A DNA stretch of 64,000 bases from an uncultured Bacilli bacterium (GCA_934086485.1 CAKOIF010000004.1:14777-78776), one strand, 5' to 3'; positions 28,496 through 37,864 are shown, counted from the stretch's first letter. Translations and numbers: made by a program. Notes: a model not told the origin generated them from the letters alone.

Positions 28496-29246
28496 AACCA
28501 TCCTCCTTTAAACTTTTATTTAATAAACACTCTACTCCATCACTAAATTTAGTAGAGCTTTCGCCAATTAAATAATTATATATTTTTTTATCATTTAAAA
28601 TTATATAACTAGGTTTAAAGCATTTCATAAGATGCGTACCCTTAACAGTAATAATTGGTACATAGACTGGTGATCTAATATTATATATTTTTTCTAATCT
28701 ATTATTTTCTACAATAATAATACTTTTTCTACTTATAGGGTCTTTTAAATTATTACCATTATCATAAAAAGATACTAAATTATACTCTATATTATCAAAT
28801 ACTATTTTAATTTTATAATAATCACTATATGTATTTTTTAACTTTTTATTACTTTTATAATATATAAAAAGTATTATTGGTCCTATTATTAAAAGCACAA
28901 TATAATTTAAATTAAAGTTAGAACTATTTCCCTTTATTAAGTATAGAAAACCCGCGAGGATAATCGAAGTCATATAAAAGTATATAATATTTGATATTGT
29001 ATATTTTATTGATTTATAACCAAAAGCGACTATTACCATAATTATACTTATTAATATTTTTAATAAAAATAAAACTATATTATTAATTTTTAAAAATAAT
29101 AAAAATATAGATAACACCCCTATTAAGGAAGATAAAATATAATAATAAATTTTTCTATTTCTTTTTAAAGTAAATGATACAGTAAGAAGTATTAAAAAAT
29201 CATATATAAAATTAATTATACATACTAAATCAATATAAACTGTCAT
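28488..29246 (-). CDS. spoIIGA: Sigma-E processing peptidase SpoIIGA
   Basis: MTVYIDLVCIINFIYDFLILLTVSFTLKR plus five TM segments and a C-terminal YDNGNNLKDPISRK (D-[ST/N]-G-N aspartic protease motif). Immediately upstream of sigE. Confidence 0.85.
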   Translation of the reverse strand: MTVYIDLVCIINFIYDFLILLTVSFTLKRNRKIYYYILSSLIGVLSIFLLFLKINNIVLFLLKILISIIMVIVAFGYKSIKYTISNIIYFYMTSIILAGFLYLIKGNSSNFNLNYIVLLIIGPIILFIYYKSNKKLKNTYSDYYKIKIVFDNIEYNLVSFYDNGNNLKDPISRKSIIIVENNRLEKIYNIRSPVYVPIITVKGTHLMKCFKPSYIILNDKKIYNYLIGESSTKFSDGVECLLNKSLKEDGYV

Positions 29247-29288
29247 ATCATCACCAACACTATTTTATAAAAAAAGAAATAAAAATTA

Positions 29289-29358
29289 TGTCAAATAATG
29301 TCTAAAAGTTATTTTATATTTCATTTCGAAAAAAGTAATTTTTTTAAAGTTTTCGAAA
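29289..29358. promoter_or_regulatory. Cluster of Spo0A-box-like heptamers upstream of spoIIGA
   Basis: TGTCAAA (29289) and TGTCTAA (29299) are 10 bp apart. Palindromic TTTCGAAA occurs at 29324-29331 and 29351-29358. Each is 6/7 to TGTCGAA. Confidence 0.3.
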
Positions 29359-29417
29359 TAACTATATATTTTGTAACAAGTAAAAAGAAATGACAACGCC
29401 ATTTCCTTTTACCATTA

Positions 29418-29533
29418 TTAAAATAAAAAGTGCCCCGCTTACAGTAATGTAAGTTGAGCGTTTACTATTAAACTGGTAGCGCTCGCACAGCTATTACGAG
29501 TAGCTCCAATAATTGTAAGACATTTATCTTACA
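29418..29533 (-). ncRNA. Candidate antisense-type sRNA, copy 3 (orphan; facing ORF degraded)
   Basis: Promoter TTGAAA(29567-29562)-17-TGtTATATT(29544-29539). 5' hairpin 29533-29514. GCGAGCGCUACC box (complement of 29475-29486). Terminator hairpin 29460-29432 followed by CUUUUUAUUUU. Opposite it only a 3' ORF remnant (accATTATTAAAaTAA) remains, with no plus-strand promoter or RBS. Confidence 0.5.
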
Positions 29534-29611
29534 AATTAAATATAACAAAAAATATAATGAATTTCAACCTTTTATGAAGTAAAAAAATATAATTTTTGCA
29601 AACAAATGTTA

Positions 29612-29640
29612 TTGACATAAATTCTAACCGGTGGTATCAT
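29612..29640 (+). promoter_or_regulatory. Consensus promoter of small-ORF transcript, copy 2
   Basis: TTGACA (29612-29617), 17 nt, TGgTATCAT (hexamer 29635-29640). Confidence 0.65.
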
Positions 29641-29711
29641 TAGTATAGGAAGTAACCGTTAGACGGGCGCTACCACTCAACTATTCTTTTAAAAGAAAGC
29701 GAGGTGGTCAT

Positions 29712-29816
29712 ATGAGACAATGCTACAGAGAAATTTTCTACTATATGATAATATTTCTAATAGGTATTATATTGTTAATTCAAACTTTTGCTTTGATAAT
29801 ACTTATTATTAAATAA
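29712..29816 (+). CDS. 34-aa hydrophobic peptide (candidate type I toxin-like small membrane protein)
   Basis: GCGAGGTGGtcat precedes the ATG. Peptide MRQCYREIFYYMIIFLIGIILLIQTFALIILIIK. Sequence is unrelated to the copy 1 peptide while the flanking RNA is conserved. Confidence 0.5.
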   Translation: MRQCYREIFYYMIIFLIGIILLIQTFALIILIIK

Positions 29817-29933
29817 AAAAAGCGCCTATGTTACAGTAATGTAGCATAAGCGCAACACAAGTAAATTGGTAGCGCTCGTCATCCAAAAAACGATTGCTTC
29901 CTTTTTTATTATATGTAAGTTTTGTTCTTACAT
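29812..29933 (-). ncRNA. Candidate cis-antisense sRNA, copy 2 (~120 nt)
   Basis: Promoter TTGACT(29966-29961, directly after the ftsZ stop)-17-TGcTATATT(29943-29938). 5' hairpin 29933-29913. ACGAGCGCUACC box. Strong terminator GCGCUUAUGCUACAuuacUGUAACAUAGGCGC followed by UUUUUUUAUUU. Confidence 0.6.
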
Positions 29934-29966
29934 ACCTAATATAGCATATTTTATTTAGTTAGTCAA

Positions 29967-31019
29967 TTAGTCTTGACTTCTTAAGAATGGAGGAATTTCA
30001 TAATCATTGTCTAAAATCTCTGGTGTTTTTCTTTTAGGAAGTTGTCCATCAAATAATGTTTCATTACTAATTTCTTCATCAAAGCCTGTTGCAATTACAG
30101 TAACAATAACTTCATCTTGAAGATTTTCATTTTTAATTGCACCGAAGATAATATTAACATCATTATTTGCTGCCTCTCTAACAGTTTCAACTGCATCTTC
30201 AATTTCAAATAATGTAAGGTTATTACCACCTGTTACATTGACAATAGCATTTCTTGCTCCATCAATAGTTTCCTCAAGAAGAGAATTTGATACTGCTTGT
30301 TTTGCAGCCTCGATTGCTCTATTTTCTCCAGCAGCACAACCAATACCAATAATTGCTGTACCACTTTTTTCCATAACTGTTTTAACATCTGCAAAGTCAA
30401 GGTTGATAACTCCAGTAACAGCAATAAGGTCAGAAATTGATTGTACACCTCTGTGAAGTACATTATCAACTTCTTTAAATGCATCATCAAATGAAGTAGT
30501 TTTATCTATAATATCTCTTAAACGATCATTAGGAATTACAATTAAAGTATCTACATGTTTTTTTAAATCATCAAGACCTAAAAGAGCATTTTCCATTCTT
30601 CTTTTACCTTCGAACTTAAATGGTTTTGTAACTATACCAACAGTAAGTGATCCAAGTTCTTGAGCAATTTCTGCAATAATTGGAGCAGCACCAGTACCAG
30701 TTCCGCCTCCCATACCACAAGCAACAAAAACCATATCAGCACCAGATAAAGCTTCCTCAAGTTCGCTTTTACTCTCTAAAGCAGCAGCTCTACCAACTTC
30801 TGGATTTGCACCAGCACCTCTACCACCAGTAATATTTTTACCTATTTGAATTTTATTAGGACATAATGAAGCATTAAGTACTTGTAAATCTGTATTAACT
30901 ACATAGAACTCTACACTTTGTACTCCTTCTTCAATCATTCGGTTAACGGCATTACAACCGCCTCCACCTACACCAACAACTTTTATTTTTGCTACTTGAT
31001 CCATTACTAAATTTGACAT
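29967..31019 (-). CDS. ftsZ: Cell division protein FtsZ
   Basis: [25 protein letters not shown] (tubulin signature), and a C-terminal IPPFLR tail. Confidence 0.97.
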   Translation of the reverse strand: MSNLVMDQVAKIKVVGVGGGGCNAVNRMIEEGVQSVEFYVVNTDLQVLNASLCPNKIQIGKNITGGRGAGANPEVGRAAALESKSELEEALSGADMVFVACGMGGGTGTGAAPIIAEIAQELGSLTVGIVTKPFKFEGKRRMENALLGLDDLKKHVDTLIVIPNDRLRDIIDKTTSFDDAFKEVDNVLHRGVQSISDLIAVTGVINLDFADVKTVMEKSGTAIIGIGCAAGENRAIEAAKQAVSNSLLEETIDGARNAIVNVTGGNNLTLFEIEDAVETVREAANNDVNIIFGAIKNENLQDEVIVTVIATGFDEEISNETLFDGQLPKRKTPEILDNDYEIPPFLRSQD

Positions 31020-31031
31020 CTACTTTCCTCC

Positions 31032-32276
31032 TTAATTATCAAAAAAATATCCATATATTTTGCCAAGAAGAGAATTTTCGGATATGTTTACTTTTTTTGA
31101 AGTTCCCCCAAGTTCTTCTTGCTGTTCTAAATCAAATATTGATATCTCAACATTTCTTAATTTTAATCTACTATTATAATATTTTATAGCACCTACTACA
31201 TTTGAATATCTATTATCTCTAACTCCAAGTTCTTTAACAACTTCATAATTGGCTAAATCTTTAAAGTTATCCTGTATAAAATGTTCAAAATAAGGTAAGT
31301 TTGTAACTCCCCCTGTAATTATTATATAACTTATTTCTTTTTTTGTTAAGAGGTTAATTTGCTTTTTTATTAACCCAGCTAGTTCTTTTAACCTCGATAT
31401 TGCTACATTAGTGGCTTCATACTCTGAAATTTTTCTATCATCACCATTAATATCTTTGATTACAATACTTTCACTAGGTCTTGCCATATGTATATCAGCA
31501 CAAGTAAAATTTTCTTTTATATAATTTGCATCTTTCTTATTTGTTTTAAATACATAAGCAATATCTTTATCTATTGAGGAAGATGCTATATCAATTATTT
31601 CACTAGATGTAAGGATTCCTTTATTAATAATTGATACTGTTAAATTACTATAACCAATATTTACTACAGCACCAACACTTTTAGCATATTCCGGTCTTTT
31701 AAATTCATAATAATCATTTATTGGTTCAATACATATATCTAAAACTTTTATATTAAGTTTACTTAAAAATTTTATTATATTATCTGTATTTATTTTAGGT
31801 ACAACTACCGCAACTACATTAACAGTTAATTTACCTGCAACACATTTAACTGGATTAGATACAACTTCATCATCATTTATAATAAATTTTGTTGGTAAAA
31901 TTGTAACTAATTCTTTATTATCATCAATTTTTTTATAAATACTTTTTTGCATTGCTTTTGTAATATCATCATGAGTTATAACATTATCTTCATTTGTAAT
32001 ATTAACTGAAGCACTAGAAACAAAACATTCAAGGTTATCAGTGGGTACACAAAGAAGTACACTTTTTATAGGAAGCCCTAACATATTTTCACATTTAGAA
32101 AAAACATCTTTAATTGCTATACTAGCACTTTCAGGATTTACTATATAACCTTTCTTTATTCCTTGAGAGGGACTTTCAGCACACGCTAAAATATTAACTT
32201 TATTTTTAGTTATTTCTCCGACAACAAGTTTAATACTAAACGAACCAATATCTAAACATGCTATTATCTTTCTCAT
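31032..32276 (-). CDS. ftsA: Cell division protein FtsA
   Basis: Actin-fold N-terminus IIACLDIGSFSIKLVVGE, ...IIITGGVTNLPYF. Immediately upstream of ftsZ. Confidence 0.92.
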   Translation of the reverse strand: MRKIIACLDIGSFSIKLVVGEITKNKVNILACAESPSQGIKKGYIVNPESASIAIKDVFSKCENMLGLPIKSVLLCVPTDNLECFVSSASVNITNEDNVITHDDITKAMQKSIYKKIDDNKELVTILPTKFIINDDEVVSNPVKCVAGKLTVNVVAVVVPKINTDNIIKFLSKLNIKVLDICIEPINDYYEFKRPEYAKSVGAVVNIGYSNLTVSIINKGILTSSEIIDIASSSIDKDIAYVFKTNKKDANYIKENFTCADIHMARPSESIVIKDINGDDRKISEYEATNVAISRLKELAGLIKKQINLLTKKEISYIIITGGVTNLPYFEHFIQDNFKDLANYEVVKELGVRDNRYSNVVGAIKYYNSRLKLRNVEISIFDLEQQEELGGTSKKVNISENSLLGKIYGYFFDN

Positions 32277-32301
32277 ACCCTCACCTATTTTTTCTAGTCT
32301 T

Positions 32302-32330
32302 ATTATACCTTAACTATTAATTTCTTTCAA
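32302..32330 (-). promoter_or_regulatory. ftsA promoter
   Basis: Minus strand TTGAAA(32330-32325)-17-TATAAT(32307-32302). Confidence 0.55.
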
Positions 32331-32341
32331 GAAATTTTCAT

Positions 32342-32375
32342 ATTAAATTAATAAAATCAATTTTTTCTTTAGTAT
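32342..32375. repeat. 34-nt direct repeat, copy A
   Basis: attaaattaataaaatcaattttttctttagtat. Copy B at 32578-32611 differs at one base. Confidence 0.8.
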
Positions 32376-32433
32376 ATAGAACTTTTAGTTATGTGGAACT
32401 TTTATAAAAATGCCTAGTAATTTAGGCACTTCT

Positions 32434-32517
32434 AATATAAAAAAGTCCTTAACTTTCTATAAAGAAAATTAAGGAATAATTGACTCAGGGCTTCGAAAGT
32501 TTCCTGAGTACCAATTA
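32434..32517 (-). ncRNA. Candidate small RNA between fic and ftsA (~85 nt)
   Basis: Minus strand TTGACA(32551-32546)-16-TATAAT(32529-32524). Hairpin CUCAGG/CCUGAG (32508-32484). Terminator CCUUAA...UUAAGG (32474-32447) followed by ACUUUUUUAUAUU. A second hairpin UGCCUAAAUUACUAGGCA followed by U5 lies at 32428-32411. Confidence 0.4.
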
Positions 32518-32577
32518 CATACAATTATACACTAATAATTATAAATGTCAATTATTTTGACAAAAATTCTAGGATAT

Positions 32578-32611
32578 ATTAAATTAATAAAATCCATTTT
32601 TTCTTTAGTAT
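32578..32611. repeat. 34-nt direct repeat, copy B
   Basis: attaaattaataaaatccattttttctttagtat. Together with copy A it flanks the candidate sRNA. Confidence 0.8.
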
Positions 32612-32678
32612 TAAATGTATTTTATAACTAATCCCACTGAAAGATTTTTCGTTATTTGATAAAATTTTTCACTTTATA

Positions 32679-33416
32679 TTAATCATTATCTAAAAAGAAA
32701 TGAACCATTTTTTCATAATTATCTTGGCTATTTAAACAAGTATCAATTAAATAACCTTTTATATTATTATTTTGATATTCTTTTATTCCTCTTATATAAA
32801 ACTCTTTATTTCTATCCTCTATATAAAAAGGCATTATATTATTACAAAGGCATTCTTTAAATATAATCATTCTTCCAACCCTTCCGTTGCCATCTTGAAA
32901 AGGATGAATTTTTTCGAATCTAACGTGAAACTCTATTATATCTTCAAAAGTTTTTGCTTTTATATCATTGTACCAATTTAATAACTTTTTCATATCATTT
33001 GCTACATTTTCGGGTGAAGATGTTGTAATATTCCCTACGAAATTCTTTTTCTTTTTATATTCTCCTACATTAAACCATTTACTTTCTTCATCCGTTAATG
33101 TACCATTTTTTAATATAAAATGATACTTCTTAATCATATTTTCAGTTAGTGAATCATCGACAGTATCAAGCATATATTTAAATAAAGTAAAATGATTTTT
33201 AGTTTCTGTAGCATCTTTTAAAACAATGACCTTATCATTTGACGTTAAGATGGTTCCTGTATCATATATACTTGCTGTTTCATCTGATGTAATTGTTGAA
33301 CCTTCCATATGATTAGTATTATATGCAAAATCAATTTGTGTTTTATGATATAAATTTCCAGGTAAATTCAAATTTTTTTGCTCAATTAATGCCTTTTTAA
33401 TTTCAATTATCTCCAT
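32679..33416 (-). CDS. fic: Fic/DOC family protein
   Basis: Canonical Fic motif HPFQDGNGRVGRM. Confidence 0.88.
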   Translation of the reverse strand: MEIIEIKKALIEQKNLNLPGNLYHKTQIDFAYNTNHMEGSTITSDETASIYDTGTILTSNDKVIVLKDATETKNHFTLFKYMLDTVDDSLTENMIKKYHFILKNGTLTDEESKWFNVGEYKKKKNFVGNITTSSPENVANDMKKLLNWYNDIKAKTFEDIIEFHVRFEKIHPFQDGNGRVGRMIIFKECLCNNIMPFYIEDRNKEFYIRGIKEYQNNNIKGYLIDTCLNSQDNYEKMVHFFLDND

Positions 33417-33679
33417 AAAATTCCTTTCTTATTTATGTATATATTATACTATAATAAGTCTTTAAAGTCATTAATATTTAAACTATTTGGCTTATAATGT
33501 TTACCCAATATCTACATATATTTTTTTGACTTTTTTCATCAAAATATAATTTTTTCTAATTTACTATTATATCGAATAATTTACAAAAAAGTCTCTAGTC
33601 CACACGGGATCCAAAGCTCATCTACAAATTCATTATATATTAGTAAAAAAATAATTACAAGTATTTTAGTTAATAAAGA

Positions 33680-34264
33680 TTAATCAACAATATAATATGG
33701 AAAATCATATTTAAAATTATTATTATAATTACCATAAACAAAAAGTTCTTTATTATTTTTCTTAACAAACTCTATTATCTTATCATTTAATAAAGGTCTT
33801 AAAATACATATAAAATCATACTTAAAATGTTTTTCTGTAGTATTTAATACATAATTTAAAATACCAACTTTATAAGTTTTATTCTTAATATTTAATTTAT
33901 CAATAACTGTATTATAAAATGACATAACATAAATATTTTTACTTTCATATTTAATTAAAGTTTTAACTAAATTATCTATATCTATAAAAGGATCTTTTAT
34001 TTCCAAAAGAATTATTTTATTTGTATTTAATTTAAGAACACTTTCTAAAGTATCACATATTATTTCATTTGAATTAAAACTTTTAAATAATTTTCCATCA
34101 TAAAGCATATCGTGATAAATATAAAACTTTTTATCTTTTGTTCCTCTTACATCACATTCAAATCCATAATAATTTTCATTTATGGCATTAAAAAAAGAAA
34201 AAAGTGAGTTTTCTTTTGCAAACTTATGACTACCTCTGTGGGCAATTAATTTATATTCTCTCAT
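33680..34264 (-). CDS. Glycerophosphodiester phosphodiesterase family protein
   Basis: LIAHRGSHKFAKENSLFSFFNAI...GFECDVRGTKDKKFYIYHD (H-R-G ... E-N-S ... E-x-D-V ... H-D). Confidence 0.75.
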   Translation of the reverse strand: MREYKLIAHRGSHKFAKENSLFSFFNAINENYYGFECDVRGTKDKKFYIYHDMLYDGKLFKSFNSNEIICDTLESVLKLNTNKIILLEIKDPFIDIDNLVKTLIKYESKNIYVMSFYNTVIDKLNIKNKTYKVGILNYVLNTTEKHFKYDFICILRPLLNDKIIEFVKKNNKELFVYGNYNNNFKYDFPYYIVD

Positions 34265-34650
34265 ACTTTTTTCTTATGAAATATTACATAAAATAATACC
34301 AAAATTGTTAAAAAACATATTACTGATATTATTGGAATTAAAAATTCCTTTGGTTTATCTTCGGTATTAACTACCGTTTTTACTTCACTAAACACCTGTG
34401 ATGCTTTTTTTTCTTTATAAACTGTTAATGTATAAGTAGTAACTTTTTTATCATAGACCTCAATTAAAACGTGATTTTCTCCGGATGTTAAATTACTATT
34501 ACCATATACTGTTACTTTGCAATTATCACAAGTATCATAATTAAATATTAATGTAAGTGCACTTGAATCTACATTTACATCATAATCAAATACTTCACTA
34601 CTAAAGTCTGGAGTCATTTCTCCATTTAAAACTTCTAAGTTATAAAGCAT
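34261..34650 (-). CDS. Small protein with a cadherin-like beta-sandwich domain and a C-terminal TM anchor
   Basis: LEVLNGEMTPDFSSEVFDYDVNVDSS...VTVYGNSNLTSGENHVLIEVYDKKVTTYTLTVYK fits the L-x-v-x-G-x-L-x-P-x-F...Y-x-v-x-V pattern. TM IPIISVICFLTILVLFYVIF. Confidence 0.5.
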   Translation of the reverse strand: MLYNLEVLNGEMTPDFSSEVFDYDVNVDSSALTLIFNYDTCDNCKVTVYGNSNLTSGENHVLIEVYDKKVTTYTLTVYKEKKASQVFSEVKTVVNTEDKPKEFLIPIISVICFLTILVLFYVIFHKKKV

Positions 34651-34664
34651 TTCTCTCTCCTTTT

Positions 34665-35747
34665 TTAAATAAATTCTATTAATACTTCATTTTCTACATA
34701 AATATATTTTTTGTTAATACTAATACTTCCATTATTTAAAACAAGTTTTTTATTTCTTAATAATTTTTTTACTTTTTCATTTGCAAGTAAATCTACATTA
34801 TATCTTTCTTTAAATTTTTCTATATCTATTCCCTTTATAAAACGAAATCCAAGAATTAAAGCATAGGTAATTTCATCATCTTTAGTTAGAATTTCTTTTT
34901 GAGAAATATAGTTTCCTTTTAAATATAAAGTTAAATTTTTTGTATTTGTATATCTTAAGTTATCAATATAACCTGATGCACCAAGACCAAAGCCATAATA
35001 ATTATCATTAAGCCAGTAAGCACTATTATGTTTTGAATAAAAACCCTCTTTTGCAAAGTTACTTACCTCATAATGAATATAGCCTTCTTTCTTTAAAGCA
35101 CCACATATAACATCATACATTTTTTTATCAAGACTATCACTAATTGGTAAAGTCCCATTTATACTTAAAACTGTATTAGGTTCAATCATAAGGGAATATG
35201 TGCTTATATGGTTAACATTTAAAGAAATAATTTTATCTAAATCACTTTTTAATGTTTTAATACTTTCATTAGGAATAGCATAAATTAAATCTACATTTAT
35301 ATTATTAAAATATTTTTTACATAAATCTATTTTAGATTTTGCTTCTTCATAAGAAACCTTTCTATTTAATAACTTTTGATTATTTTCATCAAAGCTTTCG
35401 ATACCTATACTTAATCTATTTACTCTATTACTTTTTAAAATTGAAAGTAGTTTTTCATTAATATCTAAAATATTTGCTTCAAAAGTATATTCATATTCTT
35501 CATTTAATTTAAAGATTTTTAAAATAGAAAATAGTTTATTAAGTTCTTTTTCATTTAAGGATGTTGGCGTTCCACCACCTATATAAAAAGTATCTAATAT
35601 ATCACCTTTATAGTTTTTTTTAATTTCCTTTTCTAATGAACCTAAATATTTATCTACAAATGCATCATTTCTTAGCATTTTGCAAAATGCGCAGTAAAAG
35701 CAAATATTATTACAAAAAGGAATATGTATATAAGCACTTTTAATCAT
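34665..35747 (-). CDS. hemW: Radical SAM heme chaperone HemW (HemN-like)
   Basis: YIHIPFCNNICFYCAFC (CxxxCxxC). Has the position downstream of lepA seen in Bacillus. Confidence 0.85.
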   Translation of the reverse strand: MIKSAYIHIPFCNNICFYCAFCKMLRNDAFVDKYLGSLEKEIKKNYKGDILDTFYIGGGTPTSLNEKELNKLFSILKIFKLNEEYEYTFEANILDINEKLLSILKSNRVNRLSIGIESFDENNQKLLNRKVSYEEAKSKIDLCKKYFNNINVDLIYAIPNESIKTLKSDLDKIISLNVNHISTYSLMIEPNTVLSINGTLPISDSLDKKMYDVICGALKKEGYIHYEVSNFAKEGFYSKHNSAYWLNDNYYGFGLGASGYIDNLRYTNTKNLTLYLKGNYISQKEILTKDDEITYALILGFRFIKGIDIEKFKERYNVDLLANEKVKKLLRNKKLVLNNGSISINKKYIYVENEVLIEFI

Positions 35748-36052
35748 CTTTTATAACTACCTATAAACTTTCCTTCATTATCTTTAAAAGGAACATTTTG
35801 TTTTATAAAATTTTGTCCACCTTTAATTTTTGCATTATATAAATTTTCTTGTCTTTTTTTAGAAATTTCATTATAAATATCACTGCCTAAAACTTCTTTT
35901 GCTAAATCGCTAGTAAGATATCTTCCTACACTCGAAGAACTTATGCCAGTAATATTTGAAAGCTCTATATCTGAATAATTACTTTCTAAAAATAGTTTAC
36001 TTAAAAATAATATTTTAACTTTCATTTCTTCTTCTTGTTTTTTACTTCTCAT
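35744..36052 (-). CDS. SpoIIID-like helix-turn-helix protein (tentative)
   Basis: ...LSNITGISSSSVGRYLTSDLAKEVLG...AKIKGGQNF aligns by eye with the SpoIIID segment IAKEFGVSKSTVHKDLTERL...HLRGGEA. Start at the ATG after GAGGAG, overlapping the lepA stop. Confidence 0.4.
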   Translation of the reverse strand: MRSKKQEEEMKVKILFLSKLFLESNYSDIELSNITGISSSSVGRYLTSDLAKEVLGSDIYNEISKKRQENLYNAKIKGGQNFIKQNVPFKDNEGKFIGSYKR

Positions 36053-36053
36053 A

Positions 36054-37835
36054 CTACTCCTCATCACTTAATAGTTTTAAGAAGGCTTCTTTTGGAACTT
36101 CAACAGAACCAATCATTTTCATTTTCTTTTTACCTTCTTTTTGTTTCTCTAATAGTTTTCTTTTTCTTGAAACATCTCCACCATAACATTTAGCAAGTAC
36201 ATTTTTCTTCATTGCACTAACATTTTCTCTAGCAATAACTTTTGAACCAATACTTGCTTGAATTGGTACCTCAAACATTTGCCTTGGAATTGTTTTACGA
36301 AGTTTAGTTACAATTTCTCTACCCTTATTATAGGCAAAATCTTCATGAACAATAACAGACAAGGCATCAACAATATCACCATTTAATAAAATATCCATTT
36401 TAACAAGTTTACTTACTCTATAATCACTTACTTCATAATCAAATGAAGCATAACCTTTAGTATAACTTTTAAGTTTATCATAAAAATCATATATAATTTC
36501 TCCTAAAGGGATGTAATAATGAATATTAACTCTTGTTTCATCAATATATTCAGTAGTATCATAAATACCTCTTTTATTTTGACAAAGTGTCATAATAGGA
36601 CCAATAAACTCTGTTGGTGAAATAATATTTGTATAAATATAAGGCTCTTTAATATATGATATTTTAACCTTTTCTGGCATTTCATTTGGACTAGATACTT
36701 CAATTTCTTCGCCACTTGTAAGTCCCACTTTATAAACAACTGAGGGAGTTGTAGCAATAGTTTCAAGATTAAATTCTCTTTCTAATCTTTCTAAGATTAT
36801 ATCCATATGTAATAGTCCTAAAAATCCTGTTCTAAAGCCAAAGCCTAAAGCAACTGAATTTTCTGGAGTAAACTCTAAAGATGCATCATTAAGTTTTAAT
36901 TTTTCTAAGGCCTCTTTTAAATCATCATATTTACTTGCCTCAATTGGAAATATTCCTGAAAACACCATAGGTTTCATTGGTTTATATCCATGAAGTGGCT
37001 TTAAAGCAGGATTATCCTCCAAAGTGATTGTATCACCCACTGCAACTTTTGTAATATCTTTAATTGCCGCAGCTACATAACCTACCATACCACTAGAAAG
37101 TTTTTCAAGAGCTTTATTAGTTATTTTATTAACTCCTACTTCAGTTACTTCAAAAGAGGAACCTTTTTGCATCATATATATTTTATCTTTAACTTTGATA
37201 GAGCCTTCGGTAACCTTTACCAAAAGAACAACACCTTTATATGAATCAAAATGTGAATCAAATATTAATGCTTTTAAAGGAGCATCCTCTTTTATAACCG
37301 GAGGATTAATTCTTTCTATAACAGCATCAAGAATTTCTTTAACACCAATACCAGTTTTAGCGCTACAAAGAAGTATTTCTTCTTCCTTAAAACCTAAAGT
37401 TTTAACAAGTTCCTCTTTTACTTTAGGAACATTCGCATTTGGTAGGTCAATTTTATTTATAACGGGAATTATCGTTAAATCATTTTCAAGGGCAAGATAA
37501 AGATTAGCAAGAGTCTGCGCCTCAATACCTTGAGAGGCATCAACTACCAAAATAGCTCCCTCACAAGCTGCTAAACTCCTTGAAACTTCATAAGAAAAAT
37601 CTACATGACCTGGAGTATCTATTAAATTTAAAGTATATCCTTTATAATCAAGTGATACTGCATTTAGTTTAATTGTAATACCTCTTTCTTTTTCAAGTTC
37701 CATATTATCAAGTACTTGGGAAACATTTGACCTATTATCAAATGTATTTGTAAGTTCTAAAAAACGATCCGCTAAAGTAGATTTACCATGATCTATATGA
37801 GCAATAATCGAAAAATTTCTAATATTTGATTTCAT
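36054..37835 (-). CDS. lepA: Elongation factor 4 (LepA)
   Basis: [31 protein letters not shown], and the C-terminal LepA domain ...[22 protein letters not shown]. Confidence 0.97.
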   Translation of the reverse strand: MKSNIRNFSIIAHIDHGKSTLADRFLELTNTFDNRSNVSQVLDNMELEKERGITIKLNAVSLDYKGYTLNLIDTPGHVDFSYEVSRSLAACEGAILVVDASQGIEAQTLANLYLALENDLTIIPVINKIDLPNANVPKVKEELVKTLGFKEEEILLCSAKTGIGVKEILDAVIERINPPVIKEDAPLKALIFDSHFDSYKGVVLLVKVTEGSIKVKDKIYMMQKGSSFEVTEVGVNKITNKALEKLSSGMVGYVAAAIKDITKVAVGDTITLEDNPALKPLHGYKPMKPMVFSGIFPIEASKYDDLKEALEKLKLNDASLEFTPENSVALGFGFRTGFLGLLHMDIILERLEREFNLETIATTPSVVYKVGLTSGEEIEVSSPNEMPEKVKISYIKEPYIYTNIISPTEFIGPIMTLCQNKRGIYDTTEYIDETRVNIHYYIPLGEIIYDFYDKLKSYTKGYASFDYEVSDYRVSKLVKMDILLNGDIVDALSVIVHEDFAYNKGREIVTKLRKTIPRQMFEVPIQASIGSKVIARENVSAMKKNVLAKCYGGDVSRKRKLLEKQKEGKKKMKMIGSVEVPKEAFLKLLSDEE

Positions 37836-37864
37836 TTAATCACCAAATATTATTATACAAGATG

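Noticed and set aside
29262-29294. spoIIG-style promoter TTGACA-21 nt-TAAAAT upstream of spoIIGA, with a long spacer as in B. subtilis
   Set aside because: The -10 would end only 15 nt before the ATG, so the transcript would start inside the GGTGATGA ribosome-binding site. I kept only the weaker observation of 0A-like boxes.
27568-29816. Idea that the 27-aa and 34-aa hydrophobic peptides are the missing Flp pilins of the neighbouring Tad cluster
   Set aside because: Neither has the Flp G/xxxxEY processing motif or any glycine before the hydrophobic stretch. They are on the opposite strand from the tad genes, and each faces a dedicated antisense RNA.
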